Shown: one piece after another, positions 9,561 to 20,200 of the stretch
Layout: each line of letters opens with the position of its first letter
How positions within the stretch are numbered: position 1 is the first letter of the stretch
NCBI GenBank assembly: GCA_021734995.1
Contig: JAIPHX010000004.1
Span: forward strand, 18,115-82,114
DNA length: 64,000 bases
Direction of reading: 5' to 3'
DNA from: Minisyncoccota bacterium
GTDB taxonomy: Bacteria; Patescibacteriota; Minisyncoccia; Phycocordibacterales; UBA9973
Program-made: the position numbers and the translations under genes
The notes under the pieces: model-generated
Databases searched by the model: none
Seen by the model: the letters and a program-made list of their open reading frames with translations, nothing else
What the model was told of the DNA's origin: nothing

Positions 9561-12101
9561 ATGAACAAAAATAAAACAAAAATACGATTATCCAAAAATA
9601 TCATACCCCTTAGATACAATATTGAAGTAAAACCAGATTTAGAAAATTTCACTTTTAGTGGTAAAGAGGTTATTTTTGTAAATATTTTAGAAAACACAGA
9701 TACTATTACTCTTCATACCAAAGATATTCAAATAGATGTAGCAAATGTATCTGTTTCATCAAAAAAAGACGATCAGAAAATATTTGCTAAGAAAATTACT
9801 TACAATCAAAAACAAGAAACAGCTACATTCTTTTTTTCAAAAAAAATACCTGCAGGAAAAATTTTCCTTACTTTGATATTCAAAGGAATCCTTAATGATA
9901 AAATGCGAGGATTCTATAGAAGCAAATATCACATAGAAGGAGCCACAGAACACATGGCTACTACTCAATTTGAAGCGACAGATGCAAGACGAGCTTTTCC
10001 TTGTTTTGATGAACCTGCCCAAAAATCAATTTTTGAAGTTTCTTTGATCGTACCAAAAGGACACACAGCTATCTCCAATACATTACCAGTATCAGTACTA
10101 GAGCACGAAGCAGGCTATGAAATAGTCAGATTTTCCCCTACTCCCAAAATGTCTACTTATCTTTTAGCTTTCATTGTAGGAAAATTTGAATTTTTAGAAA
10201 AAAAATCAAAAAATGGAGTATTGGTCAGAGTATACACTACTCCCGGTAAGACTTACCAAGCAAAATTTGCTCTTGAATGCACCGTCAAAACTCTAGATTT
10301 TTATGAAGAATATTTTGACATACCATATCCATTACCAACTCTTAATATGATAGCTATTCCTGATTTTTCTTCTCTTGCTATGGAAAACTGGGGAGCTATT
10401 ACTTTTCGAGAAATTGGTCTTTTAGTAGATGAAAAAAATACTTCTATCCAATCAAAAGAAAAAGTTGCTGAGGTTATCGCTCATGAAATCGCTCACCAGT
10501 GGTTTGGCAATCTTGTCACAATGGAATGGTGGACACACTTATGGCTCAATGAAGGTTTTGCTTCATATATTCCATATCTTGCTATTCATAAAATATTTCC
10601 AAAATGGAATATTTGGGAAAGATTTGTTACAGATACTTCTGGTATTGCGTTACGTTTAGATTCTCTAAAAAATACTCATCCAATAGAGATAGAAGTACAT
10701 CATCCCGACGAGATTGGAGAAATATTTGACGCAGTCTCATATTCTAAAGGAGCTTCTGTGATTGCTATGCTTGCTGATTATTTAGGTAAAGAACATTTTA
10801 GAAATGGTCTCAGATATTATCTAAAAAAGCATAGTTACAAAAATACTGAAACAATTCACCTATGGCAAGCCTTTGAAAAAATATCCAAAAAGCCCGTAGC
10901 TAAAGTAATGCAAAATTGGACAAGTAAAGGTGGATACCCTGTAATTGAAGCACGCATTGAAGGAGAAAATATTATTTTAAAACAAGACAGATTTTTCTCC
11001 AGCCCTATTTCAAAACAAAAAAACAAAGAGAAAGTTCTCTGGCAAATACCTGTATCTTTTGGAGACAACAAGCAAAAACAAAAATTATCCCTTTCAGACA
11101 AGGAGACGAGTTTCAAATATACCAAGGAGTGGGTCAAGATAAATCTAGGGGAAAATGGATTTTTTAGAGTTGTATATTCAAATGAATTATTGCAAAAATT
11201 AAAAAACCCTATCATCAAAAAGGAACTTCCCTCTTATGATCGTCTAGGTATCATTCGAGATTTGTTTGCTTCAGCTGAAGCAGGGATAATCCCCACTTCT
11301 TTAGTGTTAGATTTTCTTGATGCCTACAAAAATGAAGATAGCTATATAGTATGGGTAGAGATAGGGAGAGGCTTGTCTCAACTCGAACAAATTTTTGCTA
11401 AGACTAAAGAAATATCTAAAATAGAAAAGATTACTATAGGTCTTTTCTATCCTTTAATTAAAAAATTAGGTTGGGATCCGAAATCAAAAGAACCCAACAC
11501 TGATTCTTTATTACGCTCTATGGTATTACATCGTCTAGCTCGTTCTAAAGAGCCCAATACTCTAAAAAAAGCAAAGAGTTTATGGAAAGCTATACTTAAA
11601 GGAGAACAAATACATCCAGATATCAGGAGTGCTATATATAGCGCAGTAGCTGTTGAAGGAGATTTGTCAGATTTTAACAAAATGATTGAAATGTATAAAA
11701 AAGAAAGTATGCACGAGGAAAAAAATCGCCTTGGTAGCTCTTTGGGAGATTTCAATCAAAAAGATATTTTACAAAAAGTATGCCAATTTGCTCTTTCAGA
11801 AGATGTCAGGACGCAAGATTCTCCAAGTATTATTGGAAGTGTTGGAATGAACCCAGTAGGTAGAGACATATGGTGGAATTTCACTCAAAAAAATTGGGAT
11901 CTTTTGATCAATAGATATGGTGAAGGATCACACCAATTGAGTAGGATTATAAAATCATCATCTGGAAGCGCAGAAGAAAAGCATCTTAGCTCATTAAAAA
12001 AGTTTTTTGAAACACATAAAGCTCCTGGAGCAGAAAGAGCTGTGGAACAAGTTTTTGAAAAAATAGAAAGCAATATCGCTTGGAAAAAAAGAGGGTTATA
12101 G
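9561..12101 (+). CDS. pepN: M1 family aminopeptidase with ERAP1-like C-terminal domain
   Basis: TQFEATDARRAFPCFDEP, AMENWG, HEIAHQWFG...WLNEG. Confidence 0.93.
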   Translation: MNKNKTKIRLSKNIIPLRYNIEVKPDLENFTFSGKEVIFVNILENTDTITLHTKDIQIDVANVSVSSKKDDQKIFAKKITYNQKQETATFFFSKKIPAGKIFLTLIFKGILNDKMRGFYRSKYHIEGATEHMATTQFEATDARRAFPCFDEPAQKSIFEVSLIVPKGHTAISNTLPVSVLEHEAGYEIVRFSPTPKMSTYLLAFIVGKFEFLEKKSKNGVLVRVYTTPGKTYQAKFALECTVKTLDFYEEYFDIPYPLPTLNMIAIPDFSSLAMENWGAITFREIGLLVDEKNTSIQSKEKVAEVIAHEIAHQWFGNLVTMEWWTHLWLNEGFASYIPYLAIHKIFPKWNIWERFVTDTSGIALRLDSLKNTHPIEIEVHHPDEIGEIFDAVSYSKGASVIAMLADYLGKEHFRNGLRYYLKKHSYKNTETIHLWQAFEKISKKPVAKVMQNWTSKGGYPVIEARIEGENIILKQDRFFSSPISKQKNKEKVLWQIPVSFGDNKQKQKLSLSDKETSFKYTKEWVKINLGENGFFRVVYSNELLQKLKNPIIKKELPSYDRLGIIRDLFASAEAGIIPTSLVLDFLDAYKNEDSYIVWVEIGRGLSQLEQIFAKTKEISKIEKITIGLFYPLIKKLGWDPKSKEPNTDSLLRSMVLHRLARSKEPNTLKKAKSLWKAILKGEQIHPDIRSAIYSAVAVEGDLSDFNKMIEMYKKESMHEEKNRLGSSLGDFNQKDILQKVCQFALSEDVRTQDSPSIIGSVGMNPVGRDIWWNFTQKNWDLLINRYGEGSHQLSRIIKSSSGSAEEKHLSSLKKFFETHKAPGAERAVEQVFEKIESNIAWKKRGL

Positions 12102-12132
12102 TTTTTTTTAATAATGTAATATAATTTATGGC

Positions 12133-12568
12133 ATGGAGAATATAGAAGGACAAACTAGAAAACCAGCAGATTCTAAAAAAAGACAAAGAATCACATTGAA
12201 CGAACAAGACATCAGTGAAATAAAAGCGTTAGCTGGAACTAATTTAGATGAAAGCGATATTATTGCTACACTAGAAAATAATAACCCTTTAAACAGATTG
12301 GTTAGAGATGTAAATAACAAAATAACCACCTATTTAGGATGTGTAGATCAGATTGATTCTTCTAAAGAAAGAAAAAAAAAGTGTTTACATTAAATATTTT
12401 ATTTCTAATCAATATTATATTTTTTTAGAAAAAGAATTAGAAAAAATATTCCAAAAAGCTGAAAAAGAAGGATACCAAGAAATATATATACATAGTATAA
12501 ACAAGGAAGAAGATGAGCTCCTATAAAAATCTGGATTTTTTGAAGTAGAGCAAACTTTTAAAGATGAA
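12133..12568 (+). pseudogene. Disrupted 5' portion of the PcfJ-like/LRR gene
   Basis: Removing one A from the A9 tract (12372-12380) joins ORF 12133 to the frame of ORF 12569, apart from one in-frame TAA at 12524-12526. Confidence 0.55.
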
Positions 12569-14641
12569 TTGAACAAAAAAACTAAATTATATGCTAAGAA
12601 ATTAGAAACTCTAGGTGAAAAAGTAGATCAATTAATAAAAGAATTAGAAAAAAATGCTAAGGAAGTAATTGAAAAATTAGACAAAAGGAAACTCAGGGAA
12701 TCATTAAAACATGCTCTCCAAATTAAATTTGATCCTAAAATAAATGAACTCTATGGTGCATTTGATACTCTTTTAACTGCTCAAGACCCTATTTTAGCAG
12801 AAAATTATAAAATTTCAGATATTTATAAAAAGGCAAAAAAAATTACTATTGAGAATAGAAAGCAAAACACGATATTAAATTACACAAATGCTTTAGTAAA
12901 AAAACTTAATCTAGAAATACATCAAGAAGAAATATTCCAGATATTGAAAAATAATCTATCTAAAGATTTTGATGATCAGTTAAAAAAATTCTTTAAAGAA
13001 AAACAGATTAAATATAACGAAGATATAAATTATAATAAAAATTATTTACACTCTTTATACCACAAGGAACCAATAAATCTAGGTATTTTTAAAATAGACG
13101 GTAAAAATATGTCTTTTTTTTCTTTGACATCACAAGAACATCTACAAGAAGAATCAAAAAAAATGGGACATTGCATAGGGGAAAGTGAATTCTATTTAAA
13201 AAAAATAATGAGTGGGCAAATAATGGCCATTTCTTTAAGAGATGAAGAAGGGCCACATTATACAATAGAATATGATATTAAAACAAAAACTATCATACAA
13301 TTTAAGGGTGGAAACGACACTCCTGTCAATTCGTTACCAAACAATAGAGCAATAGTCACAGACACACTTAATGCTTTATATAAAATGGGTTTTGATATTA
13401 AAAAGATGACTGAAAATTTTAGTTATTCTTTGTATAAAGATATAAAAGAAAATAAATTTTATACTTTAGACGAAGAAAATATCACCAATCTTATTTTGAA
13501 CGAAAATAAAAAATTTATTAAAGGTATTGTAGATCTGAACCAAAATACTACAGAAGAACAGTTAGAGTATCTTTGTTCTTCTGGATTAGATCTGAATATA
13601 GACAACTTACCAAAAGAAAAATATTATTTACTACAAAAAATAGAAGGGAGTATTGTTTATACTAAAATAGACCATCTACTTTTGCCAAATCTTGCTTCTG
13701 TGGGAGGTTACATTAATGCAGAAAAAGCTCAAAGTTTTAAAGCACCAAATCTTGCTTCTGTGGGAGGTGACATTAATGCAAGAAATACTCAAAGTTTTGA
13801 AGCACCAAATCTTGCTTCTGTGGGAGGTTACCTTTTTGCAGGAAGTACTCAAAGTTTTAAAGCACCAAATCTTGCTTCTGTGGGAGGTGACCTTTTTGCA
13901 AGAAAAGCTCAAAGTTTTGAAGCACCAAATCTTGCTTCTGTGGGAGGTGACCTTTTTGCAGAAAAAGCTCAAAGTTTTGAAGCACCAAATCTTGCTTCTG
14001 TGGGAGGTAGCCTTTATGCAAGAAATACTCAAAGTTTTGAAGCACCGAATCTTGCTTCTGTGGGAGGTGACCTTTTTGCAGAAAAAGCTCAAAGTTTTAA
14101 GGCACCAAATCTTGCTTCTGTGGGAGGTAGCCTTTATGCAGGAAGTACTCAAAGTTTTGAAGCACCAAATCTTGCTTCTGTGGGAGGTAGCCTTTATGCA
14201 GGAAGTACTCAAAGTTTTGAAGCACCGAATCTTGCTTCTGTGGGAGGTGACCTTTTTGCAGAAAAAGCTCAAAGTTTTGAAGCACCGAATCTTGCTTCTG
14301 TGGGAGGTAGCCTTTATGCAAGAAATACTCAAAGTTTTGAAGCACCGAATCTTGCTTCTGTGGGAGGTAGCCTTTTTGCAGGAAAAGCTCAAAGTTTTGA
14401 AGCACCGAATCTTGCTTCTGTGGGAGGTGACCTTTATGCAGGAAAAGCTCAAAGTTTTGAGGCACCAAATCTTACAAAAATAAAAATTTTAATCGTAAAT
14501 TTATCTATATTAAATAATTTTAATATTCCTGATAATTGTTCTATTGAGCACATTAACAACCAAGGAGAAGAAATTTATTATCCTTCTATCAAAGAAATTA
14601 AACAAATAATAGCTCAAAATAATTCAAAAACTAAAAAATAA
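12569..14641 (+). CDS. PcfJ-like domain protein with C-terminal 20-aa LRR-like repeats
   Basis: LQEESKKMGHCIG..Y...I..G...ISLRD...HYTIEY...IQFKG motif; 13 repeats of APNLASVGGxLxAxxxQSFx. Confidence 0.75.
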   Translation: MNKKTKLYAKKLETLGEKVDQLIKELEKNAKEVIEKLDKRKLRESLKHALQIKFDPKINELYGAFDTLLTAQDPILAENYKISDIYKKAKKITIENRKQNTILNYTNALVKKLNLEIHQEEIFQILKNNLSKDFDDQLKKFFKEKQIKYNEDINYNKNYLHSLYHKEPINLGIFKIDGKNMSFFSLTSQEHLQEESKKMGHCIGESEFYLKKIMSGQIMAISLRDEEGPHYTIEYDIKTKTIIQFKGGNDTPVNSLPNNRAIVTDTLNALYKMGFDIKKMTENFSYSLYKDIKENKFYTLDEENITNLILNENKKFIKGIVDLNQNTTEEQLEYLCSSGLDLNIDNLPKEKYYLLQKIEGSIVYTKIDHLLLPNLASVGGYINAEKAQSFKAPNLASVGGDINARNTQSFEAPNLASVGGYLFAGSTQSFKAPNLASVGGDLFARKAQSFEAPNLASVGGDLFAEKAQSFEAPNLASVGGSLYARNTQSFEAPNLASVGGDLFAEKAQSFKAPNLASVGGSLYAGSTQSFEAPNLASVGGSLYAGSTQSFEAPNLASVGGDLFAEKAQSFEAPNLASVGGSLYARNTQSFEAPNLASVGGSLFAGKAQSFEAPNLASVGGDLYAGKAQSFEAPNLTKIKILIVNLSILNNFNIPDNCSIEHINNQGEEIYYPSIKEIKQIIAQNNSKTKK
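13685..14473 (+). repeat. Tandem repeat, 13 x 60 bp (coding)
   Basis: Consecutive 60-nt lines align column for column with 13 variable columns. Confidence 0.98.
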
Positions 14642-14707
14642 CCTTATATTGTTTTCAGTATTTTTCCACATTTGCCAATACTTGTATCTATGTTATCATT
14701 ACCTTTA

Positions 14708-14833
14708 ATGTGTAAGACAAGAAGAAGAATGAATACAGAAAAAAGAAAAGCCAAAAATGCTTTTACCTTCGTGGCTTCACATTACGTAATTTATAAATCT
14801 AATATCACATTTTCAAAAAAGAACCCCGCATAG
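14708..14833 (+). CDS. Possible basic small/leader peptide upstream of pyrC
   Basis: MCKTRRRMNTEKRKAKNAFTFVASHYVIYKSNITFSKKNPA; stop lies inside the terminator hairpin. Confidence 0.35.
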   Translation: MCKTRRRMNTEKRKAKNAFTFVASHYVIYKSNITFSKKNPA

Positions 14834-14847
14834 TGGGTTCTTTTTTT
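14815..14847 (+). terminator. Intrinsic terminator/attenuator just before pyrC
   Basis: AAAAAAGAACCC-cgcatagt-GGGTTCTTTTTTT. Confidence 0.7.
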
Positions 14848-14860
14848 GTGTAAAAAAAAT

Positions 14861-16111
14861 ATGCTTTCAATAGAAGGAAATATCGTAAAAGAAAATAATG
14901 TGGAGAGAGGAAGAATTGAGATAGACATAGCTAGTGGTCTCATTTCAAAAATAACAGAAACTACAGGGGTAGCAGATATTATATTGAAAGAAGAGCTTAT
15001 CTTCCCTGGGTTCATTGATCTGCATGTGCACGCTAGAGAATGCTCTGACCACACTCAAGATTATAAAGAAGATTTTAAAACAGTCAGTGAAGCAAGTATC
15101 AATGGTGGAGTAACAGCTATTGCTGAAATGCCAAATAATCCTACTCCCCCAATAGACGAAGAAAGCTATGAAGCAAAAAAGAAATTAACAGAAAAATCTC
15201 TTGTTGAAGTTGTACTATACGCTGGTATCGGTCCACACACCTCCAAACTTTCTCGTAAAGTACCCTACAAAGCTTTTATGGGCCCTTCTGTTGGAGATCT
15301 ATTTTTTCATTCAAATGAAGAGTTGGAAGAAGTGATCAAAAATTACGAAGGAGAAAATATAAGTTTTCATTGTGAGGATCCAATCCTTTTAGAAGAAAAT
15401 AAAAATGCTGATACTCATGAGACAAAAAGACCCAAAGAAGCAGAAATCAAAGCTGTGGATTTCGCTATCTATTTAATTCAAAAATATAACTTAAAAGGAA
15501 AAGTCTGTCATGCTTCTACTTTAGAAAGCATCCAAAAGATTATCAAAGCTCGCGAAGCTGGTGTAAATATTTCAGCAGAAATCACTCCCCACCATTTATT
15601 TTTTGATGTATCAATGATAAATGACACAAACAGAAAATGGCTTCAAATAAATCCTCCGATTAGACAAGGAGCAGAAAATCGTTTAGCTTTAATCCAATTA
15701 CTAAAAGAAGGGAAAATAGATTATCTTGCTACAGACCACGCTCCACATACAATAGAAGAAAAAGAAAAAGGCACTTCTGGTATGCCCCATCTAGACACTT
15801 ATGGATATTTTGTAGTTTGGCTTATGAAAGAACATAATTTTACCCCTATGGAGATAGCTCGCGTATGTAGCACCAACCCAGCAAATTTTCTAAATGAATT
15901 TAGCACATCAAAATATGGAAAAATGGAAGTTGATTTTATGGGATCATTTACAATTATTGATCTTCAAAAAAAATACACTGTAAAAAAAGAAGACTTAAAG
16001 ACAAAGTGTCTTTGGTCACCTTTTGAAGATATGACTTTTGATGGAGATGTGGTAATGACTATTATTAGAGGTAAAATTTTGAAAGATAAAATTCAAAAAA
16101 ATGCAAAATAA
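14861..16111 (+). CDS. pyrC: Dihydroorotase
   Basis: PGFIDLHVH, EMPN, HCED, INPP, ATDHAPH; pyr context. Confidence 0.9.
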   Translation: MLSIEGNIVKENNVERGRIEIDIASGLISKITETTGVADIILKEELIFPGFIDLHVHARECSDHTQDYKEDFKTVSEASINGGVTAIAEMPNNPTPPIDEESYEAKKKLTEKSLVEVVLYAGIGPHTSKLSRKVPYKAFMGPSVGDLFFHSNEELEEVIKNYEGENISFHCEDPILLEENKNADTHETKRPKEAEIKAVDFAIYLIQKYNLKGKVCHASTLESIQKIIKAREAGVNISAEITPHHLFFDVSMINDTNRKWLQINPPIRQGAENRLALIQLLKEGKIDYLATDHAPHTIEEKEKGTSGMPHLDTYGYFVVWLMKEHNFTPMEIARVCSTNPANFLNEFSTSKYGKMEVDFMGSFTIIDLQKKYTVKKEDLKTKCLWSPFEDMTFDGDVVMTIIRGKILKDKIQKNAK

Positions 16112-17159
16112 CAAATTTACAAAAGCAAAATTGTATTTAAAAAATGGAGAGACTTTGGAAGCAAAAAATTTTGGCTCTATAAAATCAGTAGCAGGTGAAG
16201 TAGTCTTTGCTACAGGAATGACAGGATACCCAGAAGCTTTAACCGACCCATCTTTCAAGGGACAAATCCTTGTCTTTACCTACCCTATTATTGGAAGCTA
16301 TGGTGTTCCTAAAAAGGAATTTTGGGAATCTGACAAAATACAAGTCTCAGGACTGATAGTCTCTCAATACATTGATACTCCTTCTCACCACGAAAACGCT
16401 TCTACCTTAGCTCAGTGGTTTAAAAAAGAAAACATCCCATTATTGGAGATAAAAGACACAAGACTACTTACTCAAAAATTAAGAGACAAGGGAGCTATGC
16501 TTGGAAAAATAATATGCAAAAAAGATATTCCATACCAAGATCCAAATAAAGAAAATCTCGTAGCAGAAGTATCCACAAAAAAAATATTTTCCGTAGGCAC
16601 AGGTAAAAAAAATATAGTTTTGATAGATTGTGGAACCAAAAAAAACATAGCGGAATCAGTAGCAAAAAGAGGAGTAAAAGTTACAGTGGTACCTTGGGAC
16701 ACCGACCCAACTTCCCTCTCTTTTACCCCCGATGCTGTGATTATCTCAAATGGTCCAGGAGATCCGACAAAAGCTACAGCTACTATCAAGAATGTAAAGA
16801 AACTTCTCCAGAAACATATCCCGATTCTTGGAATATGTTTGGGTAATCAAATACTCAATCTTGCTTCAGGTGGTAAGACATACAAACTCAAATTTGGACA
16901 TAGAAGCCAAAATCAACCTGTACTAGAAGTGGGCACAGACAAATGCTATCTGACAACCCAAAATCACGGATTTGCTGTCGGCACAATACCAAAAAATTTC
17001 AAAGAATGGTTTCGTAATGCAAATGACGATACTAATGAAGGAATAATCCACCAGTCACTCCCCTTTATGTCTGTTCAATTTCATCCAGAAAGCACTCCAG
17101 GACCAACCGACACAGATTGGATTTTTGATTATTTCTTAAAAAGAGCAAATATTTTATGA
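16101..17159 (+). CDS. carA: Carbamoyl-phosphate synthase small subunit
   Basis: GEVVFATGMTGY, SNGPGDP, GICLGNQ, QFHPE. Confidence 0.97.
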   Translation: MQNNKFTKAKLYLKNGETLEAKNFGSIKSVAGEVVFATGMTGYPEALTDPSFKGQILVFTYPIIGSYGVPKKEFWESDKIQVSGLIVSQYIDTPSHHENASTLAQWFKKENIPLLEIKDTRLLTQKLRDKGAMLGKIICKKDIPYQDPNKENLVAEVSTKKIFSVGTGKKNIVLIDCGTKKNIAESVAKRGVKVTVVPWDTDPTSLSFTPDAVIISNGPGDPTKATATIKNVKKLLQKHIPILGICLGNQILNLASGGKTYKLKFGHRSQNQPVLEVGTDKCYLTTQNHGFAVGTIPKNFKEWFRNANDDTNEGIIHQSLPFMSVQFHPESTPGPTDTDWIFDYFLKRANIL

Positions 17160-17171
17160 TTACTTATACTC

Positions 17172-17277
17172 TAGAAACAACAGAAATCACTCTCTTCGTA
17201 ACCGCACTCTGTTCTGGAAGGGCAAGATTGAAAACTTTGGTAGCGAAGGTTTCTCCGAGAGTGTCTTCTGTTGCTTT
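17172..17277. other. Long structured inverted-repeat element between carA and carB
   Basis: ACAACAGAAATCACTCTC ... GAGAGTGTCTTCTGTTGC outer stem, CTTCGTAACC/GGTAGCGAAG inner stem, GC-richer than flanks. Confidence 0.5.
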
Positions 17278-17297
17278 TAAAAAATAAAAATATTCAA

Positions 17298-20200
17298 ATG
17301 AACACAAATAAAAAATACAAAAAAATAATAGTGCTTGGTTCAGGGGCTTTAAAGATAGGCGAAGCGGGAGAATTTGACTATAGTGGAAGCCAAGCAATCA
17401 AAGCTTTAAAAGAAGAAAAAATAAAAGTTGTTCTTGTAAATCCAAATATTGCCACTTTTCAAACTTCTAAAAACTTAGCGGATGAAGTATATTTTTTACC
17501 AGTCAATCCATACTTTGTAGAGAAGATAATCAAAAAAGAAAAACCAGATGGCATTATGCTTTCTTTTGGCGGACAGACAGCCTTAAATTGCGGACTTGCT
17601 TTAGAAAAAAAAGGAATTCTAAAAAAATACAAGGTAGAAGTGCTTGGGAGTCCTGTGCTTTCCATAGAACTCACTGAAGATAGAGAAAAATTTGCCAGAC
17701 ATTTAGATAAAATAGGTATTCCTGTTCCTCCATCTAAAAGTGCTGTTACTCTAAAAGAAGCAAAAATATCTGCTGAAACGATCGGCTTTCCTGTAATGAT
17801 TCGTGCAGCTTTTGCTCTAGGGGGTCAAAAATCAGGAGTAGCACATAACCAAAAAGAATTAGAGGAAATTGTTCAAGGAGCTCTAGCAATATCTCCTCAA
17901 GTATTGATTGAAAAATATTTACATCACTTTAAAGAAATAGAATATGAAGTAGTCAGAGACAAGCATGGTAATGTTGTTACTGTGTGTAATATGGAAAATC
18001 TAGATCCACTTGGTATTCATACAGGAGACTCCATTGTAGTAGCCCCGAGCCAAACATTAAACAATGAAGAATACCATGGTCTTCGTGAAGCTAGTAGAAA
18101 AATAGTAGATAGTCTAAAAATAGTTGGTGAGTGCAATGTCCAATATGCTCTCAATCCAAATCCAACAAAAAATCCAGATGGGAGTATTAGACGACTTGAA
18201 TACTATGTCATTGAAGTAAATGCTCGCTTGTCTCGTTCTAGTGCTCTTGCTTCAAAAGCTACTGGCTACCCTCTTGCTTATGTAGCAGCTAAACTTGCAT
18301 TAGGTAAAGGCATGGTAGAAATAGAAAACAAAATCACTAAAAAAACAAAAAGCTTTTTTGAACCAGCCCTAGACTATATCGTAGTCAAAATGCCTCGTTG
18401 GGATTTAGATAAATTTAAAAATGCAGAAGAAAAAATAGGTAGTGCTATGAAATCCGTCGGTGAAGTGATGTCTATTGGACGAACCTTTGAAGAAGCTTTC
18501 CAGAAAGCTATTCGAATGCAGACAGGTCAAAAAGAAAGTGTCACAGATAATGGCTTTAAAAATGAGATGGAAATGAAAAAATTTCTTTCTTTCCCCTCTC
18601 CTCGTAGAATTTTTGCGGTAGCTTCTGCTTTACAAAAAGGAATGTCTGCAGAAAAAATCCATTCCATTACAGGAATAGATATGTGGTTCTTGGAAAGAAT
18701 TGCAAATATTACAAATACCGAAAATAAATTAATAAAAAATAAAAAATTAACAAAAGAAAATCTTTTGCTTTTGAAAGAAAACGGATTTTCAGATAAAAAA
18801 ATAGGACAAGTTGTAGGTAAAACAGAATTTGAAATCCGTAAAACAAGAAAAAAGCTTGGTATCTTCCCAAGCATCTTTGCCATCGATACTCTAGCAGGAG
18901 AATTTCCAGCCCAGACAAATTATCTTTATCTTACTTATCACGGGAATCACAACGATGTAGAATCTATCGGCAAAGAAGGCATTGTAGTGCTTGGTTCTGG
19001 TCCATACCATATTGGCTCTTCGGTAGAGTTTGATTGGTCTTGTGTTCATGCTACTTTAGCTCTCAAAAAATACAACAAGAAATCTATTGTAATCAATTGT
19101 AATCCTGAGACTGTCTCTACTGATTATGATATGTCTGATAGGTTGTATTTTGAAAATCTTTCTTTTGAGACTGTGGCTGATATTTTTGAATTTGAAAAAG
19201 CTGAAGGACTTATCATTTCTGTAGGTGGACAAAGACCCAACAATCTAGCCAAAAAATTATCCAAAGAAAAATTTAAACTTTTTGGTACTGAAGCAGAAAA
19301 TATTGATAGAGCTGAAGACCGCAATCTATTTTCCGCTCTTCTAGATAAATTAAAAATAGATCAGCCGGAATGGCAAAGTTTTAATAGTATGAAAGAAGCA
19401 ATGACTTTTGTAGATAAAGTAGGTTTCCCTGTCCTAGTCCGCCCTTCTTATGTATTATCAGGATCTGCGATGCGTGTATGCTATGGAACAAAAGAATTAA
19501 AAGATTTTGTGGGTAAAGCATCCGTCCTATCTCCTGAATACCCTGTTACTATTTCTAAATATATTGAAAATGCAAAAGAACTAGAATTTGATGCTGTAGC
19601 ACAAAATGGAGAATTGGTGGTATATGGTATATCTGAGCATATAGAAAACGCAGGGGTGCATTCAGGAGACGCCACTATCGTATATCCTACTCAGCGAGTC
19701 TATGCCTCTACAGAATATCAACTCAGAGAAACTGCAAAAAAAATAGCTTCAGAATTAAAGATTGCTGGACCATTTAATATCCAATTTTTGTTCAAAGACA
19801 ACAAACCATATGTAATAGAAGTAAATGTTCGAGCAAGTAGAACATTTCCATTTCTTTCAAAAGCAATGAATGTAGATTTCCCTGAAATGGCAATTGACAG
19901 CTTTTTTGGTAAAGCCAAAAAACATAAATTTATTTACCCAAAAAGTGTATTAGTAAAGTCATCTCAATTTTCATTCTCTCGCTTACTTGGAGCAGACCCT
20001 ATTCTTAGAGTAGAAATGTCTTCTACAGGAGAAGTGGCTTGTTTTGGGAAAGATTATGATGAAGCATTGCTAAAATCCATAATGAGTGCCAACTTTTTAG
20101 ATTTTAACAAAAAAAGTGTTTTACTTTCTCTAGGTGGAGATTTAAATAAAGTAAAATTTTTAGAATCAGCTCAAACACTATTAGATTTAGGATATACAAT

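Noticed and set aside
13685-14473. CRISPR array
   Set aside because: Contiguous 60-bp units with no unique spacers, in frame within a CDS; no cas operon
13676-14483. Long alternative-frame and antisense ORFs over the repeat
   Set aside because: Artefact of a stop-free repeat whose length is a multiple of three
17172-17277. SRP RNA or PyrR-binding leader
   Set aside because: Conserved SRP helix-8 and PyrR loop consensus sequences not found by eye
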